A stretch of 63,365 bases of DNA, the filler included, from a bacterium (lineage in GTDB: Bacteria > JADJOY01): assembly GCA_046331705.1 (NCBI GenBank). It is 3 parts of 3 records of this genome, joined end to end, with 100 filler letters (N's around TTAATTAATTAA, not from the genome) between each part and the next. Parts side by side here need not be neighbours in the genome. Positions count along the whole stretch, not along the records: positions 1 to 25,357 come from JAXLQJ010000078.1; positions 25,458 to 50,609 come from JAXLQJ010000079.1; 1 more part is not named here. One strand, written 5' to 3'. How positions within the stretch are numbered: position 1 is the first letter of the stretch; the number at the start of each line of letters is the position of its first letter. The notes under the pieces are model-generated. The model made no database searches. It saw nothing but the letters and a program-made list of their open reading frames with translations, and was not told where the DNA came from. Below are positions 23,724 through 33,125 of this stretch, one piece after another. The position numbers and the translations under genes are program-made.

Positions 23724-24266
23724 TCAGCGGCAGGCGGCAGCCGCCTTGGCGAGCGATTCGCTGGCGTCGGCGAAGGTGAACGCCAGCGTCGCCTGCTGCG
23801 AGGCGATCGTCACCGTGACGGTCTTCGCCGCGGCTGCGTGCTTCAGGAAGGCCTTGCCGTCGGCAGGTTTGAGGCTGAAGAGGTACTCGTTCTCGACGCC
23901 GAACCAGCCCGCCGACGAGGTGTAGGACGCCTTCCACGGCTTGCCGTTCGGGGGCGTGATCTGAATGGCGATGGGCGCGGGTTTGCCGTCGGGTCCTTCG
24001 AAGACGCCGAACGGGAACAGGGCGTCGGAGCCGGCAGCCTCGGCGCCGCTTGCGAAGACCACGGCGAGCTGGATCTCGGGCTGGCGCGGGTCGTCGCAGA
24101 GCACGCGGATCTGGGCAGGCAGCTCACGCGCGGCCACGCGCACCGTTCCGGTCACACGGGTGTGGGCGTCGTCGCTGGCGCGCGCGGCGCCGGAGGCGCA
24201 CGCCATTGCCAGCACCAGGGTGATCGCTGCACGGCCGCGCCGCCGGCCGGTCGTTGGATTGGGCAT
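23724..24266 (-). CDS. Hypothetical exported protein
   Basis: 180 aa; GAGGAGG SD; signal peptide ending ARA; good codon usage. Confidence 0.7.
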   Translation of the reverse strand: MPNPTTGRRRGRAAITLVLAMACASGAARASDDAHTRVTGTVRVAARELPAQIRVLCDDPRQPEIQLAVVFASGAEAAGSDALFPFGVFEGPDGKPAPIAIQITPPNGKPWKASYTSSAGWFGVENEYLFSLKPADGKAFLKHAAAAKTVTVTIASQQATLAFTFADASESLAKAAAACR

Positions 24267-24308
24267 CGTTCGACACCTCCTCGTGCGTGCGAGCGTGTGC
24301 GCTCGCGC

Positions 24309-25357
24309 TCAACCGAGCGTCACCTGGACGCGATGTGGGGCGCCGTCGCGTGCGATGGGGATGCGCGCCGCACCGGCGACGACGTCGAGCGCTGCGCCGT
24401 CGAGCGCCACCGCCACCACCTGCGCCGCACGTCCCGTGGGGTTCGCCACCTCGATCGCGTAGCTCGTTCGCCCATCCGGCGCGCGCCAATCGATCGCGTA
24501 TCCGGGCCAGGAGTCGGGGACGCGCGGCGCCAGCACCAGCGTGCAGCCGTTCTCGACGGTGAGCCCGAGGATCGATTCCAGCCCCACCCGCAGCATCCAG
24601 CCGGACGAGCCCGTGTACCAGGTCCAGCCGCCGCGACCGACGTGGGGCTCGACGCCGTAGATGTCCGCCACGACCACGTAGGGCTCCACCTGGTACACGT
24701 CCACGGCGGCGCGATCCCGTCCGTGATGGACGGGAGTGAGCTTGGTGAAGAGCTCGACGGCCCGCTCGCGGCGCCCCAGCTCGGCGAGGGCGCGCACCAC
24801 CCACAGCGCGGCATGGGTGTACTGGCCGCCGTTCTCGCGGATCCCCGGTAGGTACCCCTTGATGTAGCCCGGCTCGCGCGCGGTCTTGTCGAAAGGAGGC
24901 GTGAGCAGGCGGATCATGCCGGGATCGTCGAGCACCAGCTCGCGTTCCACCGCGTCCAGCGCGGCCTCGGCGCGCTCGCGCGGGGCGACGCCCGAGATCA
25001 CCGCCCACGCCTGGGCCAGCGCGTCGATGCGGCACTCGTCGTCGGCGGCCGAGCCGAGCGGCGTGCCGTCGTCGTAGTACGCGCGTCGGTACCAGGCACC
25101 GTCCCAGGTGTGTGCCTCGATGGCGCGGCGAAGCTCGTCCCGATAGGCGCGATATCGCGCCGCGCGCTCGCTCTCGCCGCGCGCCTCGGCGAGCGGCGCG
25201 AAGGCGTCGATGACGTGGACCAGGAAGAACGCCAGCCACACGCTCTCGCCACGACCCTCGCGGCCGACGCGATTCATGCCGTCGTTCCAGTCGCCGGTGC
25301 CCATGAGCGGCAGGCCGTGCGCGCCGCGGGTGAGCGAGCGATCGAGCACCCGGCAGC
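24309..25357 (-). CDS. GH94 glycoside phosphorylase catalytic domain (cyclic beta-1,2-glucan synthase NdvB/Cgs C-terminal type), 5' truncated at contig edge
   Basis: HGLPLMGTGDWNDGMNRVG, GESVWL, ENGGQYTHAA, YQVEPYV, GRGGWTWYTGS. Confidence 0.9.
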
Positions 25358-25457
25358 NNNNNNNNNNNNNNNNNNNNNNNNNNNNNNNNNNNNNNNNNNN
25401 NTTAATTAATTAANNNNNNNNNNNNNNNNNNNNNNNNNNNNNNNNNNNNNNNNNNNN
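25358..25457. other. Artificial contig-join linker (N44 TTAATTAATTAA N44)
   Basis: 12-mer with stops in all six frames flanked by Ns; unrelated truncated genes on each side. Confidence 0.97.
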
Positions 25458-26271
25458 CCAGCGCGTCGAGATCGATCGCCAGCTCGCGGGCGTACGCGGC
25501 ACCGGCGTCGGGATGGATCGTGTCCGCGAGCGGCGGCGCGGCGCCGTCGCGTGCGATCAGGTGGGCGCGGGTGATCTCGTCGGGCACGAACGCCGCGGAG
25601 GTGGCGCCGCACTCGACCGCCTGATTGGTGACGGCGCAGCGTGCGTCGAGGGGAACGCCCCCAGCCGATCGATCGAGGATCTCGATGGCGAGGCCGAGCG
25701 CGCCGTCCTCGCCCAGCTCGCGCAACATGGCGAGCGCCACGTCCTTGCCCTCGATCGCGTCGTGGTGCGGCGTGCCGTGGAGCACCAGCCGAATCGACTC
25801 GGGCACCTCCAGGATCGCGTGCCCGGTGGCGAGGATCGCCAGGATGTCGGTGGTGCCGAAACCGGTGGCGAAGCACCCGAGCGCGCCGGCCATGAGCGTG
25901 TGGGAATCGGCTCCCACCACCACCTGGCCCGGCCGGACGCGCGAGTCCTCGATGGCGAGCTGGTGGCAGATACCGCGAAAGAGCTGCTCGGTGGGCAAGC
26001 CTCGTTCGCTCAGGAAGCGTACGTATCGGTTCAGGATCGCGGCGCGTTCCGGCGTGGACGGCGGCGCGAAGTGGTCCGCCGCGAAGAGCAGCTTCTCCGC
26101 TGGGGGCAGCGGCAGCCCCAGGCGCTCGATGGTGTCGATGCCGAGCGCGAAGGTGGCGTCGTGGGCCACCACCAGATCGACCTCGATCGACTCGTAGCGA
26201 CTGCCGGGCAGCACCGGTCCGCGCGAGCGCGGTCGCAACAGCTTCTCGACGAGCGTGCGGGGCGCGGCCAT
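25458..26271 (-). CDS. Aconitase-family large subunit (LeuC/HacA/AksD type), 3' truncated
   Basis: TLVEKLL, AHD, ADHFAP, GICHQ, GADSHT.MAGALG.FATGFGTTD, VPESI, GKDV. Confidence 0.9.
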
Positions 26272-26279
26272 GCGAGCGC

Positions 26280-27536
26280 TCAGGTCGCGCCGAGCACGCC
26301 GACGCGCGCCCGCGGGACGCGCGGCTGGGCGCCGGCATCGAGGAGCGCGCGCCGCGCGGCCTCGACGGGAAGTCCGAGCGCCGTGGCGAGGTAGCGGTCG
26401 CGCTCGGCCCGGAACTCGGCGAACGCTGCGGCGCGCGTGCTCGGCTCTCGCGCCTTGAGCAGCGCGAGGGCGCGCACGAGCCCCTCCTCGTTCACCTCCA
26501 GGTCCTCGCTCTCCGCGATCGCGCGCAGCAGGCTGCGGCCGGAATGCTTCCCCACGACGATCTCGCGGCGGCGTCCCAGCCGCTCGGGTGCGAGCGGTTC
26601 GTAGGTGGTGGGCTCGCGCAGGATGCCGTGGACGTGCATGCCGGACTCGTGGCGGAACGCCGTGGCGCCGAGGATCGGCGCCTGCACGGCGATCGGGATG
26701 CCCGTGGCGGCTTCGACCGAGCGGGCCAGACCGTCGAGCGCGGTGACCTCGACGCCGCAGTCGAGGCCGAGGAGCTCGGAGCAGGCGAGCGCGACCTCGG
26801 CGAACGACGCGTGGCCGGCGCGCTCGCCGATGCCGTTCACGGTGACCGTCGGCCAGCGCGCGCCCGCCTCGATGGCGGCGATGGTGTTCGCGGTCGCCAT
26901 GCCGAAGTCGTTGTGGCAATGGATGCCGATCTCGGCCTCCGGACCCGCGAGGCGACGCAGCCGGCGCACCGCAGCCGCGGCCGCGGACGGCGTCCACACG
27001 CCGACCGTATCGCACAGGAAGAATCGCCGGATTCCCGCTGCCGAGCCGGCCGCCACCAATCCGGCGAGGTCGTCGCGGGTGGCGCGACTCGCGTCCTCGA
27101 GGACCAGCTGCGGAAGCACCCCTCGCGACTGGCAGCGCTCGGCCAGCGTCCGAACGCGGTCTTCGACCTCAGCGCGGCGGAGACGGAGGCGGTGGCGTCG
27201 CTGGATCTCGCTGGCCGGCGTGATGAGGAAGGCGGCGCGGCAACCACAGTCGGCCGCGAGATCCACGTCCCCGGCATCGAGTCGCAGCGACGCGCCGATC
27301 GTGGGGCGCGTACCGCGGGCGCTGGACTCACGGAGGAAGCGCTGCTCCTCCTCGGAGACGGCGGGCACGCACGCGTCGAGGAGCTCGAGACCGATGGCGG
27401 CGAGCTCGTCGACCAGGGCGAGCTTGCTCGCGGGCGAGAGCCACACACCCGGCGTCTGCTCGCCTTCGCGCAGCGTGGCGTCGACGAGATGCACGCGCTC
27501 GGGGGGTGCGGAGCGTCGGGACGCGGACGTGCTCAC
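26280..27536 (-). CDS. Homocitrate/isopropylmalate synthase-family (DRE-TIM) enzyme without LeuA regulatory domain
   Basis: DATLREGEQTPG, LEDASR, LCDTVG, HCHNDFGMATAN, GIGERAG, HESGMH, GKHSG; GTGA overlap with the upstream radical SAM gene; 418 aa. Confidence 0.9.
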   Translation of the reverse strand: MSTSASRRSAPPERVHLVDATLREGEQTPGVWLSPASKLALVDELAAIGLELLDACVPAVSEEEQRFLRESSARGTRPTIGASLRLDAGDVDLAADCGCRAAFLITPASEIQRRHRLRLRRAEVEDRVRTLAERCQSRGVLPQLVLEDASRATRDDLAGLVAAGSAAGIRRFFLCDTVGVWTPSAAAAAVRRLRRLAGPEAEIGIHCHNDFGMATANTIAAIEAGARWPTVTVNGIGERAGHASFAEVALACSELLGLDCGVEVTALDGLARSVEAATGIPIAVQAPILGATAFRHESGMHVHGILREPTTYEPLAPERLGRRREIVVGKHSGRSLLRAIAESEDLEVNEEGLVRALALLKAREPSTRAAAFAEFRAERDRYLATALGLPVEAARRALLDAGAQPRVPRARVGVLGAT

Positions 27537-29251
27537 GAGCCGCTCCCCGGCTCGCCAAGGGGACGAGCAACGGGTTCGAGCCAGTGGAAGCGCGCCGCTC
27601 GCTTCGGCACCTCGGCGGCGACGGCGTCGTCGTAGGCGTAATCGGCGCTGAGGGTGCGGGCGGGCGCGGGCGTGCCGCGGATGGCCGCCAGCTCGCGGCG
27701 GCGTTCGAGGCAATGGGCGCGACCGCTCGCGGGCGCCACCGGCTCGCGCGGATCGGCGCTCAGGAAGCACAGGTCGGAGCACTTGAACGCCTGGACGTGG
27801 CGCTCGAAATCCGCGATCGAGCCGTCGTCGCGCTGGTCGCCGAAGTAGTCGAGCACCTTGAAGCCGAGGCTCGAGTAGGTATCGCCGTGTTGCCCGCCGT
27901 GGACGCGGTAGTAGTCGATGAAGTCACGGCGGTCGGTGATCATGCCGCAGTCCCCGGGGCGCTCGAATTGCGGTGAGCCGGGCTCGAGCTGGACCGTCCA
28001 CACCATCACACGCCGGGCGTTCGGAAAGGAGCGCAGCCGCGCCATCTGATCGCGCGTGCGCGCTGCACCGGCCAGCGTCTCCCCCGGCAGCGCCAAGGTG
28101 TAGAACACGTCCGTCGGCACGTCTTGCTCGGCGAGCATGCGCATCGCCGTGGTCAAGGCGTGGTCGTCGTAGAACGGTTGCTTGTTGCGTCGGCGGACGT
28201 CCTCGTCGCCGGCGTCGGGCGAGAGCGCGATCGTGGAGCGAGGGCCCGGGAAGGCCCGCTTGAAGGCGCGCGCGAAGCGCTCGGTGGGCAAGCCCCACGA
28301 CTCGAAGTACCAGTCGACCTGGAGCCTTTCCCGGGCAATCGTCTCGAAGAGCGTCACGTAGTAGTCGTCGCGCTCGGGGATCGGATCGAAGCAGGTGGAG
28401 ATCGAGCGGTAGCCGTGGTCGATCGCCCTTCGCACGTCGTCGACGACGCATGCGATCGAGCGCCACTCGGGCCGCGCGGTGCCGTTCACCCGGCGCAGCG
28501 TGTCGCGATTGCCGCCGCAGAAGCTACAGCTCCACGGACAACCGCGGCCGATGAAGAGCGGGAACTTGCCGCGCCCGCTCGCCAGGCGCGCGCGATTCTG
28601 CGCCGGCCCGAGCTCGGTGGAGTAGGCGAGCGGGAAACCGAAGAGATCGGCGTACGTGTCCGCGCCGTGCAACATGCTCAGATCGCCGTAGACGAGCTCG
28701 TCGAGCGACGGGCGCGTGGTGCTCGCGGGCGTGCGGTGGATGCGACCGGTCTCGTCGCGGATCCAGGCGTCGACGAGGCCGCTGCGATCACCGCGGCGCG
28801 CTGCTGCGAGAAGGCTCGTGATCGCGCCTTCGCCGGGTCCTTGCACGATCGCGTCGATCTCGGGGACGGCGGCCAGGATCTGCTCGGCGAAGTAGCCCGC
28901 CGTGAGCCCGCCGAGGAACACCAGCGCGTCCGGAGCGCGGGCCTTGAGGCGCCGCGCGACCTCGATCACGTCGTAGGTCTGGTAGTGCCAGTAGAGAGGT
29001 AGCCCGAACGACTTCACCCGGGCGCCGTCGAGCCAGCGCACCAGGTCGAACGCGGGATCGCGGATCCACTCCACACCGAGGTGGACGATCTGCGTCCGAT
29101 AGCCGCCGCGATTCGCCCAGTTGGCGAGGGCCGGCAGGCCCATCGGCATGTAGGTGACGTTGAAGAAATCGCCCAGCGGCAGGTAGTGATTCGCTGCCTT
29201 CGGGACGTGGAGAAACAGGCAGTCGAGATCGGCGGGCGGCGAAGAAGGCAC
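27533..29251 (-). CDS. B12-binding-domain radical SAM protein (start could be up to 29311)
   Basis: PMGLPALA, LGGLTA, GPGE cobalamin-domain motifs; GRGCPWSCSFC. Confidence 0.88.
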   Translation of the reverse strand: MPSSPPADLDCLFLHVPKAANHYLPLGDFFNVTYMPMGLPALANWANRGGYRTQIVHLGVEWIRDPAFDLVRWLDGARVKSFGLPLYWHYQTYDVIEVARRLKARAPDALVFLGGLTAGYFAEQILAAVPEIDAIVQGPGEGAITSLLAAARRGDRSGLVDAWIRDETGRIHRTPASTTRPSLDELVYGDLSMLHGADTYADLFGFPLAYSTELGPAQNRARLASGRGKFPLFIGRGCPWSCSFCGGNRDTLRRVNGTARPEWRSIACVVDDVRRAIDHGYRSISTCFDPIPERDDYYVTLFETIARERLQVDWYFESWGLPTERFARAFKRAFPGPRSTIALSPDAGDEDVRRRNKQPFYDDHALTTAMRMLAEQDVPTDVFYTLALPGETLAGAARTRDQMARLRSFPNARRVMVWTVQLEPGSPQFERPGDCGMITDRRDFIDYYRVHGGQHGDTYSSLGFKVLDYFGDQRDDGSIADFERHVQAFKCSDLCFLSADPREPVAPASGRAHCLERRRELAAIRGTPAPARTLSADYAYDDAVAAEVPKRAARFHWLEPVARPLGEPGSGS

Positions 29252-29396
29252 GTCGGCAGGTGCGTGGGGGACCGCGCGCGCTACCGTACCCCTGGCCCAC
29301 TCGCCACGCAAGCGAATCGCCGCCGCGAGCGCCGAGCGCCCGTGGTGCTACCCTCGCCCCGCGCAGGCGCGGCACCAGGCCTGCCGCTTCCTCGCC

Positions 29397-30230
29397 ATGA
29401 CGAGCCTCACGCATCCCGTGCCGCCTTGCGTCGCGGTCCTCGGCGAGACCGTGCTGGGCGGTGTGCCGCTCGCCGAGCCGCTCGCGAAGCTGGGCGTCGA
29501 GGTGAGGTTCTTGGCCGGGCCCGACGCGGCCTACGAGTGGCTGCGGGGGGCACGGCGGCGGATGGCGCTGTTGGTCGTGGACTCGTCGCATCTCGACTTC
29601 GATGCGCTCGGCGTGCTGGGCTGGCTCAAGACCAAAGGACTCTTGGGCGATCGGCCGGTCTGGCTGATCGAGGATGCCTTCGAGCCCACGCCCGTCGAGA
29701 TCTGCGAGGGGTGCGGGATCACCCGCTGCGTCAGCCGCTCGTCCACCGCCGCCGACCTCGCGGCGTGGATCGGCGAGGCGCTCTTCGACGTCGCCCAGGA
29801 GAAGCGGCGTCATCCGCGCGTCGCGGTCGCGGCGCCCGTCGTCCTCGGGCTCTTCGAGAAGAAGCTCGAGGGGCTGCTCACCGACTTGAGCCTCACCGGC
29901 GCGTTCGTGGAGACGCCGGCGCCGTTCGCCGTGGACACCCGCGTCTCGTTGCGATTCCAGCTCCCGGGCGCGTCGGTGGCGAGCGCGGTGCGTGCGCGGG
30001 TGGTGCGGGTGAACGTCGCCGGATCGCGCGGGCGCCACGTCCAGCTGCGCGAGGGGATGGGTCTCGAGTTCGAGCCCTTGGCGCCCCTCGCCCGCGCCGC
30101 GATCACGGGGTATCTCGCCCGTCACGGTCCGGCGGCCAAGGCGCCCACGCTCGACGAGGAGGCGGAAACCGAGGCGCTCGATGCGCCGTCGGAGCCGCCC
30201 GTCCCCCGCGATCCGCCACGCTCGCGCTGA
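29397..30230 (+). CDS. Receiver-like domain + PilZ domain protein
   Basis: EKRRHPR (RxxxR), DLSLTG (DxSxxG), GMGLEF. Confidence 0.8.
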   Translation: MTSLTHPVPPCVAVLGETVLGGVPLAEPLAKLGVEVRFLAGPDAAYEWLRGARRRMALLVVDSSHLDFDALGVLGWLKTKGLLGDRPVWLIEDAFEPTPVEICEGCGITRCVSRSSTAADLAAWIGEALFDVAQEKRRHPRVAVAAPVVLGLFEKKLEGLLTDLSLTGAFVETPAPFAVDTRVSLRFQLPGASVASAVRARVVRVNVAGSRGRHVQLREGMGLEFEPLAPLARAAITGYLARHGPAAKAPTLDEEAETEALDAPSEPPVPRDPPRSR

Positions 30231-30358
30231 GCCGCGGGCCCAGCCATGGGCCGGCGCGCGAGTTCATTTGCCGACGCTTTCGCGGTCTAGCTACGTTCGC
30301 AAGCCGCGTTTCGGCGCGGCAGCACACGACAATTCGCGGTTCGCCAAGGGAGGTCACC

Positions 30359-31360
30359 ATGCCCGACGCCATGACACTGAATCGCTTCATCCTGTCCACC
30401 GAGCATCGTCATCCCGGTGCGACCGGCGAGTTCTCGGCGCTGCTCTCCCACATCGCGCTCGCAGCCAAGGTCATCCAGCGCGCCGTCTCCCATGCCGGCC
30501 TGGTGGACGTGCTGGGGGCGACTGGCGCGGTCAACGTGCAAGGCGAGGAAGTGAAGAAGCTGGACGTCTTCGCGAACGAGACGATGGTCCGGATGTTCCA
30601 GTATCCGGGCCTGCTGTGCACGATGGCATCCGAGGAGGAGGAGGACGTGATCCCCATCGGGGAGGGCTTCCCGCTCGGGAAGTACATCCTGAACTTCGAT
30701 CCGCTGGATGGCTCGAGCAACATCGACGCGAACGTGAACATCGGCACGATCTTCTCCATCCACCGCCGGCGTTCCGAGGCGGGGCCGGGCACGGCCGCCG
30801 ATTGCATGCAGCCCGGGCGCGACCAGGTCTGCGCCGGTTACGTGCTCTACGGCACCTCGACGATGTTGGTCTTCACGACGGGCGAGGGCGTTCACGGGTT
30901 CACCTTGGACCCCAGCGTCGGCGAGTTCCTGCTCTCCCACCGCGACATCCGCATTCCCGCGCGCGGCTCCATCTACAGCACGAACGAAGGCAACTATCAG
31001 CTCTGGTCCGAGGGGATGCGCCGATACGTCGATCGGCTGAAGACGATCGACAAGGCGAACAACCTGCCGTACAAGGCGCGCTACATCGGCTCCTTGGTGG
31101 CGGACTTCCATCGCACCTTGCTCTACGGCGGGATCTTCCTCTATCCGGCGGACTCGAAGTCGCCACGCGGCAAGCTGCGCCTGCTCTACGAAGCAGCGCC
31201 GCTCGCGATGGTGTGCGAGCAAGCCGGCGGCGCCGCCACCACCGGCTCGGAGCGCATCCTCGACATCGTTCCGAATCGGCTGCACCAGCGCGTGCCGCTC
31301 ATCATCGGCAGCGCCGAGGACGTCGCCGAGGTCGAGCGCTATCTCGGCGAATCGGCGTAG
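30359..31360 (+). CDS. fbp: Class I fructose-1,6-bisphosphatase
   Basis: NVQGEEVKKLD, ASEE, FDPLDGSSNID, RYIGSLVADFHR, GKLRLLYE, HQRVP; SD GGAGG. Confidence 0.97.
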   Translation: MPDAMTLNRFILSTEHRHPGATGEFSALLSHIALAAKVIQRAVSHAGLVDVLGATGAVNVQGEEVKKLDVFANETMVRMFQYPGLLCTMASEEEEDVIPIGEGFPLGKYILNFDPLDGSSNIDANVNIGTIFSIHRRRSEAGPGTAADCMQPGRDQVCAGYVLYGTSTMLVFTTGEGVHGFTLDPSVGEFLLSHRDIRIPARGSIYSTNEGNYQLWSEGMRRYVDRLKTIDKANNLPYKARYIGSLVADFHRTLLYGGIFLYPADSKSPRGKLRLLYEAAPLAMVCEQAGGAATTGSERILDIVPNRLHQRVPLIIGSAEDVAEVERYLGESA

Positions 31361-31394
31361 GCGCGCGCGGCCCGGGCCGCGGGGAAACGACGAA

Positions 31395-31433
31395 CGAATC
31401 CGCCTCGGTCCGCAGCGCGCCGAGGCGGATTCG
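31395..31433. terminator. Hairpin between convergent genes (probable terminator)
   Basis: Perfect 14-bp stem CGAATCCGCCTCGG / CCGAGGCGGATTCG. Confidence 0.7.
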
Positions 31434-31468
31434 CCTTCACCCAGCGCGCTCGCGCTGCGCGAGGAGCG

Positions 31469-33091
31469 TCAGGCGGTCTCGGACGCGACGGGCACGGTGC
31501 CGGGAGCGGTTCCGGCCATCGGCCTGCGTGCGAGCTCGGAGATCGGCCGCTTCACCTTCACGCGCACCAAGGTGTCGAGGTTGCTCACCTCGCGACCGGT
31601 GAGGAGGCTTCGGATCACGTCGAAGAATCGCCACGGCCGGCTCGCGTACGCCATCAGATAGAACGAAACCAGGAAGAAGTACTGGACGGCGAAGAGCGCG
31701 CGCGTGCTCAGGTAGGGGTTGTACGTCACGCTGCTCAGCCCCGACCGCACCAGCGCCGCGTAGTGATAGGCCGGCGTCATCTCCACCTTGCCGGCTTGCC
31801 AGAGCTCGTCGAAGTCGGCGCTTCCCGGATACGGCGCGAACACCATGACCGAAGCGTCGCGGCAACCGGCCAACGCGGCCCGCAGCAGGAACTTGTACGA
31901 CTGCCACAGATCGCGCGGCTTCTCGTGGGGATGACCGATGATGAGGTTGATGCGCGTGACGATGCCGAGCTTGTGCGCGGTCTTGAGCGACTCCTCGAGC
32001 CGCGGGATCTTCACCTTCTTCTTGATTCGACCGAGCTGATCGGCGGAGCCGCTCTCCGGCGCGTAGGTGATGTTTCGGCATCCCGTCTCGTAGGCCAGCG
32101 CGAGCACGTCGTGATCGAGGGCCTCCGAGCGGGTGCCCGCGGGGAGCTGCCACGCGATGTCGAGCTTCGCTTCCTTGAGCCGGGTCACGAAATCGAGCGC
32201 CCAGTCCCGCTTCACGAACGCGGTCAGATCACAGAAGTTGATGTTCTCGACGCCGTAGCGGCGGACGTAGCTCGCCATCTCGTCGACCACGTCCGCGGGA
32301 TCGCGCGCCACGTAGCGCGTGGTCCACATGTCCGGCGACGAGCAGAACGTACACTGATACGGACAGCCGCGTGTCGCCAGCATCGGCATGGACCGGCCGC
32401 GATTCACACCGAAGGTGTCGGCGACGTTCATGTAGTCCTCGACCGGGAAGAGATCCCAAGCCGGGCGCGGGAAGGCGTCGACGTCGATGGCGCGCGGGGA
32501 AAGCGCGGGCACGTTGGAGGGTGTCCGCGAGCGTTTCACGGCGATGCCGGTGAGGTCGTCGAGGGATTCGCCGTCGGCCACGCGCCGGACCAGCTCGGCC
32601 ATGGTGAGCTCGCCCTCGCCGAGCACGCAGCAATCGACCGCGTCGGTTTGCTCGAAGATCCAGCGTCGATAGGCGGTGGCATTCTCGCCGCCGAGCACGA
32701 TCGTCGCCTTCGGGAATCGCGCGCGCGCGCGCTCCGCGATCTCGCGCACCATCGGCCATTCGTGGAGGAACATGTGGCTGACGCCGATCACCTGCGTGTC
32801 GGCGTCGATCCGTTCGACGATCTCCTCCGGATTGAGCCCGTTGAGCTCGAGCACGCCGATGGGGCTCGGCTGCGGACGGAACAGATCGAGAGCCGCGCCG
32901 GGCGCGTCGATCACCTGGATGCGGTGACCCTCGCGACGCAGCACCGCCGCCACGTAGGCGATGCCGATGGGGAGGATGACGCCGAACGAGCTCAGACTCC
33001 GCGTCATCTTGAGGATCGGCGGGCGCACCAGGGTGACCTTCACGCCACCTTGCGAACCGCTCGCGACCGTCGCGGATTCAGCTGACGTCAT
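31469..33091 (-). CDS. B12-binding-domain radical SAM protein
   Basis: PIGIAYVAA, LGGENAT, GEGE, TRGCPYQCTFC, APESGS. Confidence 0.92.
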   Translation of the reverse strand: MTSAESATVASGSQGGVKVTLVRPPILKMTRSLSSFGVILPIGIAYVAAVLRREGHRIQVIDAPGAALDLFRPQPSPIGVLELNGLNPEEIVERIDADTQVIGVSHMFLHEWPMVREIAERARARFPKATIVLGGENATAYRRWIFEQTDAVDCCVLGEGELTMAELVRRVADGESLDDLTGIAVKRSRTPSNVPALSPRAIDVDAFPRPAWDLFPVEDYMNVADTFGVNRGRSMPMLATRGCPYQCTFCSSPDMWTTRYVARDPADVVDEMASYVRRYGVENINFCDLTAFVKRDWALDFVTRLKEAKLDIAWQLPAGTRSEALDHDVLALAYETGCRNITYAPESGSADQLGRIKKKVKIPRLEESLKTAHKLGIVTRINLIIGHPHEKPRDLWQSYKFLLRAALAGCRDASVMVFAPYPGSADFDELWQAGKVEMTPAYHYAALVRSGLSSVTYNPYLSTRALFAVQYFFLVSFYLMAYASRPWRFFDVIRSLLTGREVSNLDTLVRVKVKRPISELARRPMAGTAPGTVPVASETA

Positions 33092-33125
33092 CGGAAATCA
33101 GACTAGTGACGCGGCCGAAGTCGCG

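Noticed and set aside
25358-25457. Repeated TTAATTAATTAA (also 50654-50665) as a biological repeat or att site; GH94 and LeuC as neighbours
   Set aside because: Identical N-flanked six-frame-stop cassette, i.e. a contig concatenation linker.
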